A DNA stretch of 64,000 nucleotides from Polyangiaceae bacterium (GCA_046351325.1 JAXLYR010000002.1:624334-688333), one strand, 5' to 3'. Positions 36,485 to 46,500 are shown, numbered from the stretch's first letter. Numbers and translations: made by a program. The notes: generated from the letters alone by a model not told the origin.

Positions 36485-37993
36485 ATGCCCAATTCCAGAC
36501 TCCGCCTCCGATATGCCGCCTCGACGCTCATGGTCGGGGCGTTTGCTCTCTTGTCCGCTTGTGGCGACGACGGCTCCTCCAATGGGGGTGGCGGTGAGAG
36601 CGCCGGGGGCGCGGCCGAGGGTGGGACGGGCGGCCAACCCGACGGCGGAATGGGTCAGACTGGCGGCTCGGGCGGCGCGCCCTCGACGGGTGGCGTCGGT
36701 GGGATAGGCGGTCAGGGCGGGGAGGGGGGCGCTCCCATACCGACCTATTCGATTGGAGGCTTGGTGACCGGCCTGGCTGGTACGGGCCTGGTGCTCGAGA
36801 ACAATGGCGGCGACGATCTCGCTGTCGATCAGGCCGGCCCTTTCACCTTTGCGACCGAGCTCCTCGAAGGCGACGACTACGACGTCAGCGTCCTCACCCA
36901 GCCCACCGAGCCGTGGCAGACCTGCACCGTGTCGAAGGGCGCGGGGCCCGTCGGCACCGCCGACGTCATCGACGTTCAGGTCGACTGCACGACGGATACG
37001 CACACCGTCACGGTCGACGTCTTCGGCGTCTATGGGACGGGCCTCGTCCTGGAGAACAACGGCGCTGACGACCTGCCGATCCCCCAGGATGGTAGCTACA
37101 CGTTCTCCACCGCGATCCCCTCGGGCCAAAACTGGGACATCAGCGTCGCGACGGCGCCGACTGGGCCCGCCGAGACGTGCAACATCGATCAGGCGCAGGG
37201 GACGATGGGTGGGCAGGACATTCACCTGACCGTGCTCTGCGAGCTCGTCGACTCCGACGCGGACCACATCCCGGACCTCTTCGACCCGTTCCCGAGCGAT
37301 CCGACGGCGCCTGCGCCTACCATCGCCGGCGTCTACGCGCACACGTCCTCGCAGCTCTTCACGATGGATCCTGTCACGTACGCCGTCTCGCTGATTGGCA
37401 GCTTCACCGGGGTGAACGGGCAGATCACCGACATCGCCATCGATCGGTACGGCGTCTTGTACGCGGTCTCCTTCAGCGCGCTCTTCGTGTGTGATGCCTC
37501 GACGGCGGCTTGTTATCAGCTCGCGACCCTGCCCTCGAGCTTCAACGGGCTCACCGTGGTGCCGGCCGGTACGGTCGACCCGAATTTCGAGACCATCGTC
37601 GGGATCGCAAACTCGGGTAACTGGTACGCCGTTAATCTCACCGGGACGGGTTCGGCCACGGTCACGCAGATCGGGGCCTACGGTAACGGCTACTCGTCGA
37701 CCGGTGATGCTTACTCGATTGTAGGCGTTGGGACTTACGGCGCTGTCAACAAGCCGGGCGCGTCGTCCACGGTGATCGTGTCCGTCGACCCCGCGACCGG
37801 CACCGCGCTGAACGAGGTCGGTGAGGTCACCGGCTACACGACCATCTACGGATTGGCGGGTTGGCAGAGCGAAATCTTCGCGTTCAACTCGTCGGGGGCG
37901 ATCGTGAGCATCGACCCGATGACGGGGCAACCGACGCTGCTCGCGCAGACGCCCTATTCGTGGTGGGGCGCTGGCGTCTCGACCGAGCTCTGA
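36485..37993 (+). CDS. hypothetical lipoprotein with internally repeated domains
   Basis: Lipobox AFALLSACGDD, a Gly-rich linker, and two similar segments (GLVLENNGGDDL / GLVLENNGADDL). It lies immediately after the giant protein gene. Confidence 0.6.
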   Translation: MPNSRLRLRYAASTLMVGAFALLSACGDDGSSNGGGGESAGGAAEGGTGGQPDGGMGQTGGSGGAPSTGGVGGIGGQGGEGGAPIPTYSIGGLVTGLAGTGLVLENNGGDDLAVDQAGPFTFATELLEGDDYDVSVLTQPTEPWQTCTVSKGAGPVGTADVIDVQVDCTTDTHTVTVDVFGVYGTGLVLENNGADDLPIPQDGSYTFSTAIPSGQNWDISVATAPTGPAETCNIDQAQGTMGGQDIHLTVLCELVDSDADHIPDLFDPFPSDPTAPAPTIAGVYAHTSSQLFTMDPVTYAVSLIGSFTGVNGQITDIAIDRYGVLYAVSFSALFVCDASTAACYQLATLPSSFNGLTVVPAGTVDPNFETIVGIANSGNWYAVNLTGTGSATVTQIGAYGNGYSSTGDAYSIVGVGTYGAVNKPGASSTVIVSVDPATGTALNEVGEVTGYTTIYGLAGWQSEIFAFNSSGAIVSIDPMTGQPTLLAQTPYSWWGAGVSTEL

Positions 37994-38007
37994 GGCTCGC
38001 GGGGTCG

Positions 38008-38775
38008 TCAGTACGGGTGAGGGGGGTAGCCCGCCGCGTCGCAATATTGCAGATAGGCGGGCATGATGTAGTCGATATAGTCGGTGTTGTATTGGTCGCA
38101 GCCGGTCGTGCTCCCGTGCGAGGCCAAGTTGCCGAGGGCCATGAGCGTATATTGGTCTTCGGTGCAGCCGGGGAAGAGCTGCTTGACCTCAGCGCGGTTG
38201 CCGGCGAACCCCGCGACGCCGACGTGGATATTGACGTCCGGGTTGAAGATCGAAGTGTCGAAGGCCTGGGAGCTCGTGTCCGTCGTCAGGTTCGGATGGC
38301 CATTGGGCAATAGGCCAGCGCCGTCGGCGATGTCACCACACGCGGGCACGACCTGCATCATGCCGTAGCAGTGCGCCTCCTCTTCGGTCCAGCCGTCGGG
38401 GATGCCGCAAGGCAGGTTCGGGCACCCGATGGAGGCGTAGTCGAAGCGCGACTCACCATAGATCATGGCCTTCACGATCATCGGATCGGGCTCGCCGTAG
38501 GTCGCCGTCCACTTCAGGATCGAGCAGTCCGCGATGTCCGCGGAGTAGCCGGTCTGTTCGGCGACGAGCCCCGTCGCGAGCGGATCGATGTCGCAGCCCT
38601 CGATGGGCAAGCCGCCCGTGCCTGTCGCGCCAGTGCCCGTGCCGCCGACACCCGAAGCACCCGAGCCCGAGCCGCCGGGGCTCGCGCCGCCCGTGTCCGC
38701 GTCGTCGCCGCACCCGAGGACCAAGACGACCAGCGCGACGAGTACCGCGTGTTTCATCGCTCGAGCGTATCGCAT
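38008..38775 (-). CDS. secreted lysozyme-like / lytic transglycosylase (SLT-like) lipoprotein
   Basis: Lipobox VLVLGCGDD and motifs IYGESRFD and CYGMMQV, which match the SLT catalytic-Glu region and the GLMQ motif. The start could be either MRYARAM (38775) or MKHAV (38757). The track ORF 38008..39468 has a junk 5' extension. Confidence 0.65.
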   Translation of the reverse strand: MRYARAMKHAVLVALVVLVLGCGDDADTGGASPGGSGSGASGVGGTGTGATGTGGLPIEGCDIDPLATGLVAEQTGYSADIADCSILKWTATYGEPDPMIVKAMIYGESRFDYASIGCPNLPCGIPDGWTEEEAHCYGMMQVVPACGDIADGAGLLPNGHPNLTTDTSSQAFDTSIFNPDVNIHVGVAGFAGNRAEVKQLFPGCTEDQYTLMALGNLASHGSTTGCDQYNTDYIDYIMPAYLQYCDAAGYPPHPY

Positions 38776-38841
38776 GCGCGCGGGCGACGAGCGGGGCTGG
38801 ATCCCCATGAAATTTCGGACCGACAGTACTAGGCTTTCGCC

Positions 38842-39486
38842 GTGCTGCGCTCCGCCCGACGGTCTCTCACCCCGCGCCTCCTCGGCGCGCTTGTCCTCGT
38901 GTGTTCGAGCGGATGCGCGGCGGGCAACATCCCCGACCCGAACGAAGCGCTCACAGCCTACGCAGAGGCCGCCGCGAGCGGTGATGCGGATCGGCTCTAC
39001 GAGATGCTCTCCGAGCAGGGCAAGCGCCAGTACACCCGCGACCAGATCAAGGCGATGGTCGGCGATCAGAAGGGCGAGCTGAAGGACCAGGCGACGGCCA
39101 TCACGTCGCCCGGAGTGCGCATCAAGACCGAGGCGACTGTGAAGTACGCGGACGGCGAGCAGGCCGCGCTCACGGTGGAGGACGGCACGTTCAAGATCAG
39201 CGCCGCCGACGCTCTGCCGGCCGAGGCGCGGAGCCCGGTGCAGGCGCTCAACCAGCTGCGCAGGGTGCTCGCGCGGCGCAGCTATGCGGGGCTCATCCGT
39301 GTGCTCACGACGCGCTCGCGGGCCGCGTTCGAGGAGGACCTGCGCTCGCTCGTCGAGGGGCTCGAGGACGCAGAGGGCCTCGACGTCGAGGTCAACGGCG
39401 ACACCGCGACCGTGCTGATCCCGGGCGGCCACGCGGTGCAGCTCCGTCGTGAGAACGGCGTCTGGCACGTCGAGGATCTGGAGTGA
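38842..39486 (+). CDS. hypothetical lipoprotein
   Basis: Lipobox LVLVCSSGCAAG and a soluble domain of mixed charge. It forms a 4-nt overlap with the downstream DUF4159 gene. Confidence 0.55.
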   Translation: MLRSARRSLTPRLLGALVLVCSSGCAAGNIPDPNEALTAYAEAAASGDADRLYEMLSEQGKRQYTRDQIKAMVGDQKGELKDQATAITSPGVRIKTEATVKYADGEQAALTVEDGTFKISAADALPAEARSPVQALNQLRRVLARRSYAGLIRVLTTRSRAAFEEDLRSLVEGLEDAEGLDVEVNGDTATVLIPGGHAVQLRRENGVWHVEDLE

Positions 39487-40253
39487 TGGCTCGCCTCTCG
39501 CGGCGCGCGTTCGGCTTCTCGATGTTGGCCGCGGGCGCCGCGGCCGCGTGGCCCCGTCGGGCGCGCGCCTTCGGCGACGAGGGCGCGTTCAATCCACGCA
39601 TCGTGCTCACGGGCGACACGAAATGGGAGGGGCTGCGCACGACCGCGCCCGCGCGCTGGTCTCAAGAGCTCGTCGATCGCACGAGCGCTCCTGCGCGATC
39701 CTTGCCGAACGTCGTGCACGCCGACGCCAAGAACCTGATCGACGAGCCCTTCCTCGTGTGGGGCGGCGCGGCCGACGTGCCCGAGCTCACCTCGAAGGAG
39801 ATCTCCAGCTTCAGGAAGTTCTTCGCGCTCGGCGGCATCCTCTTCGTCGACGATTTCGACCCCGACAAAGGCGCCTTCGGCAAGGCCGCGCGGCGCGAGC
39901 TCGCGCGCGTCCTACCCGAGGACGCGCCGATCTCGGTCGGCACCGAGAACGTCCTCTTTCGCTCGTTTTACCTGCTGAAGCGCGCGGTCGGTCGCATCGA
40001 GGGCCCCGCGAAGCTCGACATCGTCGTGCGCTCGGGGGCGATCCAGGTCATCTATTCGGCGCACGACGTCCTCGGGGCGCTCGCGCGCGACTCGAGCGGC
40101 GCGAACACCATCGACGTGACGCCAGGCGGAGAGCGGCAGCGCGAGCAGGCGCTGCGGCTCGCGGTGAACGTGGCGATGTACGTCCTCTGCTCGAACTACA
40201 AAGACGACCAGGTCCACGCCGAACACATCATGCGGCGTCGGGGCAACAAGTGA
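39483..40253 (+). CDS. DUF4159 family protein
   Basis: Sequence (GGILFVDDFDPD, FRKFFALGG) recognised as DUF4159, a family usually found alongside MoxR/DUF58/BatA-like genes. Confidence 0.65.
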   Translation: MMARLSRRAFGFSMLAAGAAAAWPRRARAFGDEGAFNPRIVLTGDTKWEGLRTTAPARWSQELVDRTSAPARSLPNVVHADAKNLIDEPFLVWGGAADVPELTSKEISSFRKFFALGGILFVDDFDPDKGAFGKAARRELARVLPEDAPISVGTENVLFRSFYLLKRAVGRIEGPAKLDIVVRSGAIQVIYSAHDVLGALARDSSGANTIDVTPGGERQREQALRLAVNVAMYVLCSNYKDDQVHAEHIMRRRGNK

Positions 40254-40254
40254 C

Positions 40255-42495
40255 ATGACGCGGACGTTGGCGCCCGCCGCGGATCTCAGCGTCGGGGCGC
40301 TCGTAGGAACAGCGGTCGTCTTCGGGCTCGGGGTAGCGCTGCTGCTCTACGAGGTTCGGCGCGCGCGCAGCCCGGTCGCGGTCGTCGCGTCGGGTGTCCT
40401 CGCGGCGCTCGCGCTCGCGTGTGCGGTGCTGCGCCCCGTCGCGCTCGAGGTCGACGGCGTGACGGTCGGGCCCCGCGTGGTCGTGCTGGTCGACGGATCG
40501 CGGTCGATGCGCTTGCCGGGGTCGAGCGGCGATCGCGCGCGCACTGCACGCGACGTCGTCCAGGCGCTGCGCTCGCATGCGAAGGACGCACGCATCGGGG
40601 TCTTCACGTTCGGGGTCGGTCCGGCGCGCCCTGTCGGCGCGAGCGCCGCGGAGGAGATCTCGACCCTCGATGATCCTCGCGAGCCGCGCTCGGATTTGTT
40701 CGCTGCGATCGAGTCGATCGCGAAGGGCGCAGAGGAGCCGCCCGCGGTGATCGTCGTGGTGAGCGACGGCCGCCTCGATCGACCTCTGCCCGAGCACGCG
40801 GACTCTTCGAACGGGCTCGGGCTCGGCGCGCTCGACGCGCGCGTGCACACGGTCGCGACCGCGACGCGCGCGCCGAAGGACGCGAGCATCCGCAAGGTCG
40901 AGGTCGCGGGCGCCGCGGTCGCGCACCAGCCCTTCTCCATCCGCGTCGAGGTCGGCTGCGCGGGCGGGCTCTCGTGCGGCAAGCTCCCCGTCGTCGTGAA
41001 CGAGCTCGTGGACGACGGCCCCGCGCTCGAGCTCGCGCGCGGCGAGGCCGACGTCTCGAGCGACGGCGCCGCGACCATCGAGCTCGGCGTCACGCTCCAT
41101 CGCGCAGGTCAGCGCGTGATCGAGGTCCGCGCCGCGACGCCCGAGGGTGACGCGATCGCCGAGAATGACCATCGCTTCGTCACGATCGACGTCGCGCGCG
41201 ATCGCGTCCGCGTGCTCCACATCGCGGGTCGGCCGACGTACGACGTGCGCGCGCTCCGCACGTGGCTCAAGTCCGACGAGTCCGTCGACGTCGTCGCGTT
41301 CTTCATCTTGCGGACGCCGACCGACGGCGTGAACGCCTCGCCGAGCGAGCTCGCGCTCATCCCGTTCCCGGTCGACGAGCTCTTCACCGAGCACCTGCCG
41401 AGCTTCGACGCGGTCGTCCTGCAGGACTTCAACGCCGCGGTGTACGGCCTGACGAAGCACCTCGGCAACCTCGCCGAGTACATCAAGAAGGGCGGCGGCC
41501 TCATCATGGTCGGTGGCCCCGACGCGTTCGGTCCAGGCATGTACGCCGGCACACCCATCGCCGACGCGCTGCCCGTGCAGCTCACCAAGCAGCGAAAAGA
41601 CGGCGTGGACCTCGCGCCCTTCTCTCCCGAGCTCACGCCGGCCGGCCGCGTCGCGCCAGTCCTCGGGCCGATGCGCGACATCCTCGGTGACGCCTTCCCC
41701 GACATGCCGGGGACGGACATCGTGGGTCGCGCGAACAAGGGCGCGACGGTGCTCTTCACGCACCCGACGCTCACGACCGACGGCAGCGAGCACATGCCAG
41801 TGCTCGCGCTCGGCGAACACGGCACGGGGCGCGTCATCGCGCTCACCGTCGACGGGACGCATCGGCTGCTCTTTGGTTCGTTCGCCGCGGAGACCGCGGG
41901 CCGCGCGTACGGCGCGCTCTGGGATGGCCTGCTCGGTTGGCTGATGCGCGATCCGCGCTTCGAGTCGACGAGCCTCGATTTGCCGGGCGGGTGCGTCTCG
42001 GGCGAGCCTTCGCGGCTCGTCGTGCGGCCGCTCCCAGGCCCAGCCGGCGACGTCACCGTGGAGATCCGACAGCTCGGCTCGGGCGCGAACGTCTTCGATG
42101 CCTCGCAGCCGATCACCGGCGACGGCGGAGAGCTCACTTTCGATCTGCCGGCGTTCGATCCGGGTGGCTACTCCGCCGAGGTCCGCATCGGTGCGTCGGG
42201 TGGCGGCGACATGAGCCTCGCGCCCGCGACCCGCCGCGATTTCGCGTGCGAGGCCGGCGGTGACGAGTGGGCCGACTCGCGCCCCGACGTCGCGCGCCTC
42301 GAGACCATCGCCAAAACGACGCGCGGCAAATACGTCGACGCCTCCAGCGTGTCCGATCTGCCGATTCCGACCGCGACGCTCATCAGCACCCAACGCAAGA
42401 CTCGACCGCTCCTGCCGCCCTGGGGCTGGACGTCGATCGCGGCCGTCGCCGTGGGCGTGCACTGGGTCTTGCGGCGGCGCCGCGGCCTCAGCTGA
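40255..42495 (+). CDS. BatA-like membrane protein with an N-terminal double-TM domain and a VWA-like segment
   Basis: Two N-terminal TM helices, then VVVLVDGSRSM (VWA/MIDAS-like), then a large extracytoplasmic region. It forms a TGA/ATG overlap with the DUF4159 gene. Confidence 0.65.
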   Translation: MTRTLAPAADLSVGALVGTAVVFGLGVALLLYEVRRARSPVAVVASGVLAALALACAVLRPVALEVDGVTVGPRVVVLVDGSRSMRLPGSSGDRARTARDVVQALRSHAKDARIGVFTFGVGPARPVGASAAEEISTLDDPREPRSDLFAAIESIAKGAEEPPAVIVVVSDGRLDRPLPEHADSSNGLGLGALDARVHTVATATRAPKDASIRKVEVAGAAVAHQPFSIRVEVGCAGGLSCGKLPVVVNELVDDGPALELARGEADVSSDGAATIELGVTLHRAGQRVIEVRAATPEGDAIAENDHRFVTIDVARDRVRVLHIAGRPTYDVRALRTWLKSDESVDVVAFFILRTPTDGVNASPSELALIPFPVDELFTEHLPSFDAVVLQDFNAAVYGLTKHLGNLAEYIKKGGGLIMVGGPDAFGPGMYAGTPIADALPVQLTKQRKDGVDLAPFSPELTPAGRVAPVLGPMRDILGDAFPDMPGTDIVGRANKGATVLFTHPTLTTDGSEHMPVLALGEHGTGRVIALTVDGTHRLLFGSFAAETAGRAYGALWDGLLGWLMRDPRFESTSLDLPGGCVSGEPSRLVVRPLPGPAGDVTVEIRQLGSGANVFDASQPITGDGGELTFDLPAFDPGGYSAEVRIGASGGGDMSLAPATRRDFACEAGGDEWADSRPDVARLETIAKTTRGKYVDASSVSDLPIPTATLISTQRKTRPLLPPWGWTSIAAVAVGVHWVLRRRRGLS

Positions 42496-42656
42496 CGACA
42501 ACGGTTACGCGATTGTCAGCGTCGCCTACTCGACAATAGAACTGACGACAGTGCGGCCTTGGCTGGCTGCTTTGGCTGTCCGCCCCGACATTGGCGGACA
42601 TGCTTGTAACCTCAGGCCGCGCCCGACCTCTCGGGGCCCCCGGGCCGCGCGGCCTC

Positions 42657-43613
42657 TTACTTGATTGAGTATTCGAACGTCTGCTGCTTACCGCCGCGAT
42701 CGAGCACGACCGTGAGGCTCTTCGCCGTCTTCATCGTGTCCATCGCCGTCATCGCACGGTCGAGATCCGCCATGTCCGCGCCGTTGACGGAGCGGATGAT
42801 GTCGTCCTTCTTCAAGCCGAGCTGGCCGAGGATCGTCGTCGAGGTGATCTTGTAGAGCTTCATGCCCTTGCCCTCGACGAGGCGCCCCGACTTCTGGATT
42901 GCGCCCTTGATCATGCCGACCTTCTCCGGGCCGTCTCCCTCGATCTCCCACTGCGTCTCGGAGAGCTTGCGGATGCCGCCGATGGGGCCAGTCGTCGCGC
43001 GGGGCGGTGCCTCGGTCGGCACGCTCGGCTGATCGGCGTCGCGGCCCGCGTTGCCCATCGCCCCGACGGGGCCCGCGGCGGACGACATCGACGAGTGCCC
43101 GTCGTGCATCTTCAGCTGGCAGCGATCGGCGCCCCCGCCGAGCACGACGTGTTCGCGGTGGATCGACTCGACCTTCTTGCCGTCGACGTCGTCGCCGATG
43201 CGCCGCATCTTCGCCGACGTGCCGTTGCCCTGAATGACGGCGAACGCGACCTTCGGGTCGTCTGCGCCCACGATCAACACCACGCCACCGTTGGGGCAAA
43301 CGGGGAGCACGGGGTCACCCACCGGCGCGATGACGGGCGCGCTCGACACGGGCGGAGGGGCCTTCACAGGCTTGTCGCTGAGCGGCCCAGTCTTCGAGTC
43401 GAAGGGGTTGCGCGCGAGGATGGTGCGCGCGGTCTTCACCGTTGGGGGCGTCGCGAGCGCGGTGTCGCGCTTGCCGGCGACGGTGATCTCGTTCGACTGG
43501 AGCTGCTCGGCGATGAGGCTCGAGATGCCCCGCGACTGGAGGTACGCGACGATCACGAGCAGCGCGGCGACGATGCCGACGTAGTAGCGCTTCGCGAACG
43601 TATCGAGACCCAC
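42657..43613 (-). CDS. GspC-like type II secretion PDZ-domain protein (orphan)
   Basis: An N-terminal TM helix, a Pro-rich linker and a C-terminal PDZ-like segment (GMKLYKITSTTILGQLGLKKDDIIRSVNG). No other gsp genes are nearby. Confidence 0.55.
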   Translation of the reverse strand: MGLDTFAKRYYVGIVAALLVIVAYLQSRGISSLIAEQLQSNEITVAGKRDTALATPPTVKTARTILARNPFDSKTGPLSDKPVKAPPPVSSAPVIAPVGDPVLPVCPNGGVVLIVGADDPKVAFAVIQGNGTSAKMRRIGDDVDGKKVESIHREHVVLGGGADRCQLKMHDGHSSMSSAAGPVGAMGNAGRDADQPSVPTEAPPRATTGPIGGIRKLSETQWEIEGDGPEKVGMIKGAIQKSGRLVEGKGMKLYKITSTTILGQLGLKKDDIIRSVNGADMADLDRAMTAMDTMKTAKSLTVVLDRGGKQQTFEYSIK

Positions 43614-43718
43614 GAGTCACTCTCTAGTACATCGCGGCGGGGGCTGCGAGCACTCGGGAGAGCGCGACCCCTTGCGGCGTTCTGCCGTTCGCCAGCGTTC
43701 GAGCCCTTCGACTGACCG

Positions 43719-44363
43719 TTAGAAGCTACCGGACAGCATCGCGCCAGTGCCACTCACCGAGAACTCGACGCGCGGACTGGGCGAACGGTGATGACCACGG
43801 TCGCCAGGGTTGGCGAGACCGACAATCAAGAGGGGGATCCCCACCGCGGACCCAATGGCGCCGATCGACATGAACATAATGCCGTAGCTGGCCTGGAGAT
43901 TCCACCACTCGTCGAGTGGCGCGTCCGCGTAGAGCACCGCGCCCGCGATCAGCCAGCCCGCTGCTACCCCGGACGCGACGCCACCGGCGATGGTAATTCC
44001 CCGCCAGATATGATGTGGATGCGCGCGACGCTCGACTGGATTGGCGCGGTCCGGAACGGAGACGCGAACGCGGCTCCGGCGAGGCCCATGGCCCGGGGCA
44101 GGCTCCGCGGGCTCGCCGTCGACCACGTCGTCGTCGCCGGCCTCGTCCCTTTGGATTGCGTCCTCATCGTCGGTGGCGTCGTCGTCTCCAACCTCACAGT
44201 CCTCGACGGTCGTGACGACCTCGACCTTGTCATGATCCACAGTGACGACCACGGATGGTTTTGGCGGTGTGCCCTGCTGTTCTGCCTCGTCGGGATCGGC
44301 AGATGCAACAGCTGCAACGGAGTGGACGAGGAGCAGCGCAACCAATCCTGAAAGTGTTCGCAT
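43719..44363 (-). CDS. hypothetical secreted/membrane protein with an acidic N-terminal region
   Basis: Signal peptide MRTLSGLVALLLVHSVAAVASA, an Asp/Glu-rich segment, and C-terminal TM helices. Confidence 0.45.
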   Translation of the reverse strand: MRTLSGLVALLLVHSVAAVASADPDEAEQQGTPPKPSVVVTVDHDKVEVVTTVEDCEVGDDDATDDEDAIQRDEAGDDDVVDGEPAEPAPGHGPRRSRVRVSVPDRANPVERRAHPHHIWRGITIAGGVASGVAAGWLIAGAVLYADAPLDEWWNLQASYGIMFMSIGAIGSAVGIPLLIVGLANPGDRGHHRSPSPRVEFSVSGTGAMLSGSF

Positions 44364-44586
44364 GTCGTCTTACGATTCAATGGCGATGCCAATGGGTTTT
44401 CGCGCGCGAGTCGTTCGGCGGGCTAAGTGCATTGAGCCCAATGGGCGTCACTCGAGAGGGCACCGTGTGCCCTTCGAGTGACAGATGCCAGTCGCCTCGA
44501 GCCGCGTTCGGATGCGCTGCCTTCGTGATAGGTTGCGCCCGCGTGTAGCACAAGCCAAACGGCTCCCTTCAAGAGGCTCGACTCTC

Positions 44587-45447
44587 ATGCCCACCCTCAC
44601 CGGAATTCATACCGACAATCGGCGCCTCGAGAAGCGCATCACGGCGGCCACGGCCAAGGTGGCCATTCAGGACGTGAGGTCCATAGACCTGAGCGAGTTC
44701 CCCAAGGCTGCCAAGTGCCGTGAGCTCGTCCTCAACCCCGTGAAGACGATCGATGTCGGCCCTCTCGCCGGTCACCCTGCGCTCGAGAGCATCCAGCTGA
44801 CGCTCCCCGGCAGACCCGATCTGTCGCCTCTCGCCCGTTGTCCTCAGCTCCGAGAGCTCGAACTGAACTATGTCGGTTCCGAGCCCGTGGACTTGAGCAC
44901 CGTCGGGATTGGCCCGCAGCTTACCAAGCTCACGATCTCCTCAAAAATGGGCCGGCTCGACCTCACGCCGCTCGCGCAGGCTCAAACCATCACCAAGCTC
45001 GACCTGTCGGCGGCGACTGTGCTGGATCTCGCTCCAGTGCGCCGCATGTCCGGCGTTCGCACCCTGACGCTCCAAGGGACGGCTCCGCGCTACGACCTCG
45101 CACCCTTGGCCGGTATGCCGCTCGAGCACTTCTTTCTGAGCGCCAATGGATGGAAGGAGGTCGACCTGACGCCCATCGCGGTCCCCACGCTGCAGCAGCT
45201 GGCCATCATTCCGCTCGACGTCACGACGCTGAACCTCGATCCGCTGGCCGCGTGCACGTCCTTGCAGGTGGTCTCGCTCGCCCCTGGCTACGCGTCGATT
45301 CTGCGACTCACTGGATTGGCAGGGCTCGCCAACCTGCACACCATCCGGTTCCCTTCTTACGTCGATCTCGTCTGCCACGCCGATCCCAAGAGCATTGCGT
45401 GCGTCCCATTGCGCGAGCACCTGCGTCACCCGAGAAGCGGGATATGA
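44587..45447 (+). CDS. leucine-rich repeat (LRR) protein
   Basis: Repeated LxxLxLxxx(D)LxPLA segments throughout. Start at the internal ATG (MPTLTG). Confidence 0.7.
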   Translation: MPTLTGIHTDNRRLEKRITAATAKVAIQDVRSIDLSEFPKAAKCRELVLNPVKTIDVGPLAGHPALESIQLTLPGRPDLSPLARCPQLRELELNYVGSEPVDLSTVGIGPQLTKLTISSKMGRLDLTPLAQAQTITKLDLSAATVLDLAPVRRMSGVRTLTLQGTAPRYDLAPLAGMPLEHFFLSANGWKEVDLTPIAVPTLQQLAIIPLDVTTLNLDPLAACTSLQVVSLAPGYASILRLTGLAGLANLHTIRFPSYVDLVCHADPKSIACVPLREHLRHPRSGI

Positions 45448-45528
45448 GGCGTCGTGTGTAAGCTCGAACCGGACAGTCGCGCGGCGACGCGAGCGCAGCC
45501 GTCGGTCATGTTGATCCGCGTCCGATTC

Positions 45529-45543
45529 GTGTCACTCTGACAC
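45529..45543. promoter_or_regulatory. palindrome GTGTCA-ctc-TGACAC upstream of the 45667 lipoprotein gene
   Basis: Perfect 6-bp inverted repeat read directly from the sequence, about 125 nt upstream of the start codon. Confidence 0.3.
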
Positions 45544-45666
45544 ACTCGTACGCCACGACTGCCAGGTTGTCCGAGTTGCCGGGGAGTACCTGTCGCGCCG
45601 CCCCACCAAAATGCGCTGAATTGGCGACGCCGCGCGGGTGGCCCCGCGATTGCTCAGCGGCCGACG

Positions 45667-46227
45667 ATGCCTAATCGAACCAGTGCTTGGTCTGCTCGGA
45701 GTGTCCGCTTCGGGCGTTTCTTCTTCGTGCTCTCGAGCCTCGTGGGGTTGGTTGCACTGAGCGGCCTCCTTGCGGCCTGCGAAGAGCCCAACTCGCCATT
45801 CGTGGAGACAGAGTTTCTTCTGCCCGACGACGCAGAACAGAACGATAACGGCTCCATTGGTCCCTTCTGTTGCACCGGCAGAACGGTCACTGTCGAGACG
45901 AAGAGTGGCCACGAGGCAGGGTATGCCCACTTCTTCTTTTGGGATGGCCAAGCCTTCAGCGACGACAAGACCTCCTATGCTCCCAACGTCATCATCGACA
46001 TTGCGGCGCTGGCCGACGTCGAAGACGAGACCTCGGAGCTCTTGCAGTCCCGGATCTTCTTCGATGGGAACGAGCTCGCTGTGGGCGAGTCCCGGTCTCA
46101 GCAGGTGGGCGCGATCATCTTCACAGCCACGGTCGAAGAGGTCGATACGTACACGTTCGACGGCGAGTCCTACTTCGATATGGCGACGCTGAAGATGAGT
46201 CTGACCGTCGAAACCGAGGACGAGTAA
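45667..46227 (+). CDS. small secreted lipoprotein, AT-richer than its surroundings
   Basis: Lipobox LSGLLAACEEP. Codon usage is visibly less GC-biased (ttt, aaa, gat and similar codons). It sits between the LRR gene and its remnant. Confidence 0.55.
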   Translation: MPNRTSAWSARSVRFGRFFFVLSSLVGLVALSGLLAACEEPNSPFVETEFLLPDDAEQNDNGSIGPFCCTGRTVTVETKSGHEAGYAHFFFWDGQAFSDDKTSYAPNVIIDIAALADVEDETSELLQSRIFFDGNELAVGESRSQQVGAIIFTATVEEVDTYTFDGESYFDMATLKMSLTVETEDE

Positions 46228-46254
46228 CTGGTAGGCTCGACGCCCGCCCGCTCT

Positions 46255-46452
46255 CACGGAGTTCACACGGACAATCGGCGCTGGATTGGAGAGCGTCACG
46301 CTCACGCTCACGGGCAGGCCTGACTTGTCGCCTCTCGCGCACTGTCCTCGGCTCCGCGAGCTCGAGTTGGACCTCGTCTGCCACGCCAATCCAAACGACA
46401 TAGCTTGCGTCCCATTGCGCGAGCACCTGCACCACCCGAAAAGCGGGATCTG
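46255..46452 (+). pseudogene. decayed, internally deleted copy of the LRR gene
   Basis: Three blocks show about 80-85% identity to the 44587..45447 gene: (i) the 5' end minus its start codon, (ii) gene positions about 44795-44880, and (iii) the last about 85 nt including the stop. The order is preserved and the intervening roughly 170 and roughly 480 nt are missing. Confidence 0.6.
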
Positions 46453-46500
46453 ACCGCCATCGGGACTCGATACGACTCGCGCCCGGCTATGCTGCCGCCC

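Noticed and set aside
42496-42656. Inverted repeat gctgac..gtcagc after the BatA-like gene, as a terminator
   Set aside because: The arms are short (6 bp), the loop is long, and no U-tract follows. Too weak to call.
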